DNA of 64,000 bases, from positions 5,706,001-5,770,000 of the forward strand of contig NC_087250.1 of NCBI RefSeq assembly GCF_037042905.1, in the 5' to 3' direction. The notes beneath the pieces were generated by a model. It did no database searches and was not told where the DNA came from. It saw only the letters and a program-made list of their open reading frames with translations. Positions within the stretch are counted from its first letter, which is position 1. Every line of letters begins with the position of its first letter. A program made the translations under genes and the position numbers. This document shows, in pieces, positions 12,161 to 64,000 of the stretch. Source of the stretch: Lytechinus pictus (lineage: Eukaryota).

Positions 12161-14779
12161 TGTTGAGTTTTCCATTATTTATAAATAATGATTATTTGTT
12201 AAATAATGAAAACGTCTACTTCATTATTTATAAATAATTTTTTCGAGTGCACCATTATTCTCATTATTTATAAATAATCATTATTTAATGTTCGAGTTTT
12301 CCATTCTTTATAAATAAAGATTATTTGTTAAATAATGAAATATCTACTTCATTATTTATAAATAATAATTTTGTTTCAATATCCCATTATTTATAAATAA
12401 TCATTATTTATAAACAATTTTTACAGTTTGCCATTATATACAAATAATCATTATTTATATACAAATAACCATTATTTATTAAATAATGCCATTATTTATT
12501 AAATAATGCCATTATTTATTAAATAATGGAAAACTCGCTATAACATGCAAATGTGGGACCGCCCATGATATGAATATTCATGATGCGATTTCCTTTTTCG
12601 TGATTTTTCTTCACAAATTTTTGTCTATTTCCTCTTCATAATGACATTTTTTGAAGCAATTTTCTAGGGATATGGTCTGATTGTAATATTCTTCATTTTC
12701 TATATAACTTCGTCTTCGTAGAAATATCAAAAAGTGTAATTTTATACGATTTTTCCTACAGTTCACAATCCCCATAGGCGCGCGTGTACGGTAGGGACAA
12801 CCGGTGAATCGACGGAGTGCTCTTCATCGAAATACTACGTTGGTTGGTCCCCGGAAGTGGCGGGCGGAATTTAGCCCGAATCCTCGATGGAAGTCGATCA
12901 AGTGCATATGAGCTGAGAGAGTGAAATATCAGTGTACTTGTACAGGCCCTTCTACTTTTTATAAATATTTCTTGTTGCTTTTTTTGTTAAGTTAATTTTT
13001 CCTGGTGTAGAGATAAGTTTCAGTTCTAATAATGCACTTCAAATACATTTTGGAGTGTCTGTTTGAGGCGTTTGGGGCGATTTCACCCTGGCCCCAAAAT
13101 GCTCGAGCAACGACAATACGGGGGCATGATGACCCCTAAATTTTAAAAAACTTATTTTTCTATTGAAAATTATCACAAAATTCACCAAAAGTGTGCACGA
13201 AAGCCTTCGTATTTCACTTTTAAAACTCCGAAAAGTGCCCAAATGACAAGCTTGGTCGCTTCGCTGTGTCGCTTTCAACTTGAGAACGTTTACGCGTCTG
13301 CTCCCCCCCCCCCCTCCTCCGAAAGAAATTCTGTATACGGCCATGCTCTAAAGAGCCTGGCACATTGATTTATGTATACTTTCATTTTCATTATTTTTAT
13401 CTCATTATCAACATGGCCTTACGCAGAATTTTTTCCAGGGGGGCCGGGGCCGGAGCATGACGCGCGTAAAGTTTCTCAAAAAAATCTTGAAAGCGAGACA
13501 GCGACGCGACCAAGCTCAAATGACAAGCTTGGTCGCTTCGCTTTCTCAAGATTTTTATGAGAAAGTTTACGCGCGTCCTGCTCCCCCCACCCCCCCCCCC
13601 CCGGAAAAAATTCTGCGTAAGGCCATGATGATAATGATATAAAAATAATGAAGTATACATAAATCAATATGCCAGGCTCTTTAGAGCATGGCCGTATACA
13701 GAATTTCTTTCGGAGGGGGGGGGGGGGGGGGGGGGGAAGCAGACGCGTAAACGTTCTCAAGTTGAAAGCGACACAGCGAAGCGACCAAGCTTGTCATTTG
13801 GGCACTTTTTGGAGTTTTAAAAGTGAAATACGAAGGCTTTCGTGCACACTTTTGGTGAATTTTGTGATAATTTTCAATAGAAAAATAAGTTTTTAAAAAA
13901 TTAGGGGTCATCATGCCCCCGTATTGTCGTTGCGAGCATTTTGGGGCCAGGGTGAAATCGCCCCAAGTACGTACGCCTCAAACAGACACTCCAAAATGTA
14001 TTTGAAGTGCATTATTAGAACTGAAACTTATTTCTACACCAGGAAAAATTAACTTAACAAAAAAAGCAACAAGAAATATTTATAAAAAGTAGAAGGGCCT
14101 GTACAAGTACACTGATATATCACTCTCTCAGCTCATATGCACTTGATCGACTTCCATCGAGGATTCGGGCTAAATTCCGCCCGCCACTTCCGGGGACCAA
14201 CCAACGTAGTATTTCGATGAAGAGCACTCCGTCGATTCACCGGTTGTCCCTACCGTACACGCGCGCCTATGGGGATTGTGAACTGTAGGAAAAATCGTAT
14301 AAAATTACACTTTTTGATATTTCTACGAAGACGAAGTTATATAGAAAATGAAGAATATTACAATCAGACCATATCCCTAGAAAATTGCTTCAAGAAATGT
14401 CATTATGAAGAGGAAATGGACAAAAATTTGTGAAGAAAAATCACGAAAAAGGAAATCGCATCATGAATATTCATATCATGGGCGGTCCCACATTTGCATG
14501 TTATAGCGAGTTTTCCATTATTTAATAAATAATGGCATTATTTAATAAATAATGGCATTATTTAATAAATAATGGCATTATTTAATAAATAATGGTTATT
14601 TGTATATAAATAATGATTATTTGTATATAATGGCAAACTGTAAAAATTGTTTATAAATAATGATTATTTATAAATAATGGGATATTGAAACAAAATTATT
14701 ATTTATAAATAATGAAGTAGATATTTCATTATTTAACAAATAATCTTTATTTATAAATAATGGAAAACTCGAACATTAA

Positions 14780-15382
14780 AGGACAAGTCCACCCCAACAA
14801 AAAGTTGATTGGAATAAAAAGAGAAAAATCCAACAAGTATATCACTGAAAATTTCATCAAAATCTGATGTAAAATAAGAAAGTTATGACATTTTTAAATT
14901 TCGCTTAATTTCACAAAACAGTTATATGCACATCCTGGTAGGTATGCAAATGAGGGAACTGATGACATCACTCACTCACTATTTCTTTTGTATTTTATTA
15001 TATGAAATATGAAATATTTTGATTTTCTCATCATTGTCAAGTAAAATGAAGTTTCATTCCTCCCTGAACATGTGGAATTCCATTATTTTAACATTTTGTG
15101 CTTCAGGCAAGGAGGTCCTAATCGTCAAATTTGCAAAAAATGAAATATTGTTTGATTCAAACAATAAAAAACAAAAGAAATAGTGAGTGAGTGACATCAT
15201 CGACTCTCTCATTTGGATGTAACAGGCTCGTTCATATTACTATTTTGTTAAAAATAAGCGAAACTTTGAAATGTCATAACTTTCTTATTTTACATCCGAT
15301 TTTGATGAAATTTTCAGCATTGTGCTTGTCTGATTTTTCTCTATTGATTCAAATCAACATTTTTCTGAGCTGGACTTGACCT
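14780..15382. mobile_element. TTAA-flanked MITE (Kolobok-like) nested in the foldback right arm
   Basis: TTAA|AGGACAAGTCCA...TGGACTTGACCT|TTAA; empty TTAA site at 12285-12288 in the left arm; family copy at 25275-25880 and partial copy near 3665-3870. Confidence 0.88.
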
Positions 15383-16177
15383 TTAAATAATGATTATTTA
15401 TAAATAATGAGAATAATGGTGCACTCGAAAAAATTATTTATAAATAATGAAGTAGACGTTTTCATTATTTAACAAATAATCATTATTTATAAATAATGGA
15501 AAACTCAACAAATTATTTATAAATAATGAAAAACAAATAATCATTATTTATAAATAATGAAAAACAAATAATCATTATTTGTAAATAATGAAAAACAAAT
15601 AATCATTATTTATAAATAATGAAAAACAAATAATCATTATTTATAAATAATGAAAAACAAATAATCATTATTTATAAATAATGAAAAACAAATAATCATT
15701 ATTTATAAATAATGAAAAACAAATAATCATTATTTATAAATAATGGAATGTCGAACTATTATTATTTACAAATAATGAAGTATTACTTGGAATTATATAT
15801 AAATAATTAGAAATGATATTTTATATAATAGTAGTTATTTACAAATAAAATGTAAATTATATATAAATAATAGTTATTATTTAATAAATAATGATTATAT
15901 AACAAATAATTGTTCTATATAATAATGGTACATTCGGCGCCTCATAGGTATTTGGGCATTTCTTAGTCTTTTAACCCATTACTCATTTTCACTTTGCACA
16001 AAATATATAAATCATTATAAATGAATTTCTGAAATGAAATCAATGCATATATCATAATTTTGCTATTCAGAGTATAAATATCACTTATTGTTTATGGAAT
16101 TACAATGAATGGTCTTCAAGGAGAAAAGAAAGGAGATTCAATATTATTAAAGGGCACAAAATCTGTCTTAGCAAAGA

Positions 16178-16262
16178 CTATAAATTCCCAGTAACCGACC
16201 GCGAGCTATTTTTAGATTACGAGCTTTGAGAGATAATACACATTTAGGGCGTCGTATAAAAG
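16178..16262 (+). promoter_or_regulatory. Candidate Ras core promoter
   Basis: TATAAAAG at 16255-16262, about 230 nt before the ATG; GACTATAAATTCCCCAG near 16178 loosely resembles the ACTACAnnTCCCA ZNF143/THAP11 motif; local CpGs. Motif evidence only. Confidence 0.35.
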
Positions 16263-16484
16263 GCACGAAACTATTCGGCGATTTGTGTGTGTTCATATGT
16301 GTACGCCTGCAAATCACCGCTCAATATGTGATTTTTCTTACTTCACAACCCTTATGTTTACATCTGCAAGTTTTGTTTATTCTTTGATTTTAAGAAATTA
16401 GGCAAGAAAATCTAGCATCTGGGTCTAGTTTGTCACACCGGCAGTGCCATTTCGCGGGCGGAGAGCTGAGGGAAGATTCGGAAA

Positions 16485-61648
<45,164 letters not shown>

Positions 61649-62088
61649 GTAAGTTGTATAGTTGATTCATTTTCACCTCGGCCCTGATTTACAAAGAGTT
61701 GCGATCGATCCAATCCCCCACAACTATGGAAAGCCAACAACATCAACATCTATTATGCCTGTTTGTTCAAAATGTTTTCTAACTATGATGTTTAATCATG
61801 CACTTTATTTTCTTGAAAATTCAGTGTGCTTCTCTTTCCCTACAAAGGACGTTGTTGAAATTTATTGGAGAAAATATTATGACGGTGATGGATTTCCATA
61901 GAATTGAGGTTGATCGGATGAATAGTAACTGTTTGTCAGACGGGGCCCTGTTCTCCATCTCAGACTGTCAAAGATGAAGATGGTTAAACCCACTTGGTCT
62001 ATCAATTTGTTCTGAATGCCACTTGGTCTAAATGCCATTTGGTCTACAATACACTCGACATGATACCCCCTCTTCATCCAATTCTCAT

Positions 62089-62600
62089 TGGCCCAAATTC
62101 ACAAAGGTGGTTTTGAAAACCCACGGTTAAGTCCATGGTTTGTGCAGATTTCCTGTATAAATTACGCTCATTTTACCGCGTATATTAAAAAATGGCAAAA
62201 AGAAGCTGCTGAAAACTGCTTATCTAAAAAAAGAGCCAATGGAGTAAATTAGAGAGTCAAAAGGGGCCTAAGCTTTCGATCCTAGCAGAATCTTCGTCGG
62301 AGGCAAAAATGTCCAATGCTGATGCGCGCTTTTGTCACAGTGCGCCAAATTGACGCCTGTTGCCGTGGTTATCCACGCTATTTTGTTCATGAGTCCACTG
62401 TTTTGAATTAATGAGTCCACTCTTCAAACAGTGGACTCATGAAAAAAAAAGTGTATCTTACCATGGTAACAGGCATCGATTTGGCGCACTGTGACGAAAG
62501 CGCGCATCAGCATTGGATTTTTTTTTTAATATACAGGAAATATGCATAAATCACGGATTCAACCGTGGGTTTTCAAAACCACCTTTCTGAATTCGGGCCA
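62089..62600. mobile_element. Palindromic MITE with a Penelope-like fragment inserted at about 62196-62308
   Basis: GGCCCAAATTCACAAAGGTGGTTTTGAAAACCCACGG inverted against CCGTGGGTTTTCAAAACCACCTTTCTGAATTCGGGCC; the extra 110 bp is present in one arm only. Confidence 0.75.
62266..62304 (-). ncRNA. Degenerate minimal hammerhead ribozyme motif (Penelope-type)
   Basis: Minus strand GCCU-CCGACGA-A-GAUUCU-GCU-AGGAUC-GAAA-GC-UU-AGGC: stem I, CUGANGA core with U4 changed to C, stem II, GAAA, palindromic AAGCUU. Confidence 0.55.
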
Positions 62601-62920
62601 TTTAGTCTAATGGCAAAATGCTCTGAGTTCCATCTTGTCAACAAATTATTTTTCTTTTTTTTTTTATGATAAATTCAAAGATCCATAAACAGATGAACTC
62701 ACTGTAGAGATAGATAAAATCAATATAACCTAACAAAATTTGTAAATATAGATTTGCTACATGGCAATGAGACAAAATCATAAATGGTTAGTTATGGACT
62801 GGTTGAAGAAGATCTTGGATTAGACCATTTTAGATAAAACCAGACAGAAAATTAACCAAGTGGAAGATTACCATATTTTTCAGTCCCATTAAATCTCTGA
62901 AAAATGAGAGAATATATTAA

Positions 62921-63242
62921 CCACTTGGCTGCGGGCCACGTAATATTACGTGCTTGGCTAGTTTGTATTCTGTGCGGAACACGTAAAATTATGTACTTAC
63001 AACACTGTCCGATTAATAAGTGTCACCATCGCGCTGTAATAACCCTATGATGGAAATAGCACAGGACTATAAAAACTGCGGATTAGGACAACAGATGGCG
63101 CTATAACAAAAAATTCTTGAGACTTCCCCTGTGATTTATAGAAACTCAAAGCCACTTGCTATGTAGTGAAATTTGAGTGTGTATTAATTTGGCTCAGCAC
63201 AGAGGGGTTGTATACACATTATGGCTGTCAGCAGTCAAGTGG
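62921..63242. mobile_element. piggyBac-like MITE
   Basis: TTAA|CCACTTGGCTGC...GCAGTCAAGTGG|TTAA. Confidence 0.8.
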
Positions 63243-64000
63243 TTAAGAAGACTTCATCAAAATCCTATATACATTCTATTTATCAATTTCATTTTGTCTT
63301 GCCTTTGTAGCAGAAGAGAAAATTCCAACTTAATTTGATATGTCAGTGGCGGATCCAGCGAGGATTGTACAAATATAGTGCATTACAAAAATACCTTATT
63401 AAAAAGATACCCCACCAATTTAACACAAATTTCTATAGATTTGAAGTGAATGCTTTGCGAGACCAATTTTGTCCCTTGTGAGCTGTTGGTTTTGGATAAC
63501 AGTTCTACCGCCGACAGCTGCAGTCGTCTTCATTTTACATGATAGAGTTAGCAAACTCTTTACTCGGGCCCTACCTGAAAAGAAATAGGAAATGTGTATT
63601 TATTTGTTCTGACATTTTTTAAATGTCCGGGAAGTAGTATTGTAGATGGAGACCCAAATTAAGCTTCGAACAAGGGAAATTGACCTAGAATTAGTGATAT
63701 GACAATATTTACACCCGTAAATAAGGTTCCATGACATTTGCTCCGGCAACAATTGCTCTGCTGCAAATTCCACACACAAGTGGAATGGGCAACTTCAACT
63801 CCGGATTCAATGCTATACCCTATCCGAAACTTAACCCCTCAAATCTAACATAAAACCCTATTGCAACCCTAACCCAAACCCTACATCTTAGACGAATTTA
63901 AACCCGAAGCAATCTAATTGCCTTACTTTGGCGAAAGGAAGCAAGTTACAAAAGTATCATTTGCTGTAAATGAGCAGTGTGTGTTCGTCATTTACATAGG

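Larger units (their letters stand above)
11725..15946. mobile_element. Foldback (fully palindromic) non-autonomous DNA element, possibly IS3EU-like
   Basis: Left arm 11725-13516 is the reverse complement of right arm 13526-15946 apart from a nested MITE. Termini TATGAG...CTCATA; 6-bp TSD GGTATT (11719-11724 and 15947-15952); no transposase ORF. Confidence 0.88.

Noticed and set aside
13039..13914. Paired ORFs on opposite strands in the foldback centre
   Set aside because: Mirror-image products of the palindrome and G/C runs; no transposase motifs.
63311..63481. Candidate last Ras exon after TTTGTAG (QKRKFQLNLIC...FCPL*)
   Set aside because: No CAAX, no polybasic tail, too long, and it runs into a CAGTGGCGGATCCAG MITE-like end. 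The true exon is probably beyond the window, though minor use cannot be excluded.

Overview
AT-rich, repeat-dense animal DNA, most likely sea urchin or another echinoderm (inferred from a 5S rRNA fragment and the SINE/MITE types). The window holds most of a canonical Ras gene (KRAS/HRAS/NRAS orthologue) on the + strand. Seven GT-AG coding exons at 16485-61648 give residues 1-166; the hypervariable/CAAX exon was not found and probably lies past 64000. The 29.6-kb first intron contains a very young, intact, antisense Gmr1-like Ty3/Gypsy LTR retrotransposon (38807-46047). It has 1250-bp LTRs, a CTTTT target duplication, a tRNA-Pro PBS and one 1525-aa ORF ordered Gag-PR-IN-RT-RNaseH, and it ends only 28 nt upstream of Ras exon 2. 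A 4.2-kb near-perfect palindromic (foldback) DNA element with a 6-bp TSD ends about 540 bp upstream of the Ras ATG. Other unexplained structure: (i) more than 40 TACATGTA palindromes in the gene body, several visibly inserted into older repeats and resembling Tc1/mariner excision footprints; (ii) intron 4 bracketed by decayed tandem copies of both neighbouring exon junctions, including five decoy acceptors that each lead to an early stop; (iii) a 2.4-kb AG-free pyrimidine satellite; (iv) a 35-nt 5S rRNA fragment; (v) a Penelope-type minimal hammerhead remnant. The rest is nested MITEs, SINEs and microsatellites. All counts and alignments were made by eye.
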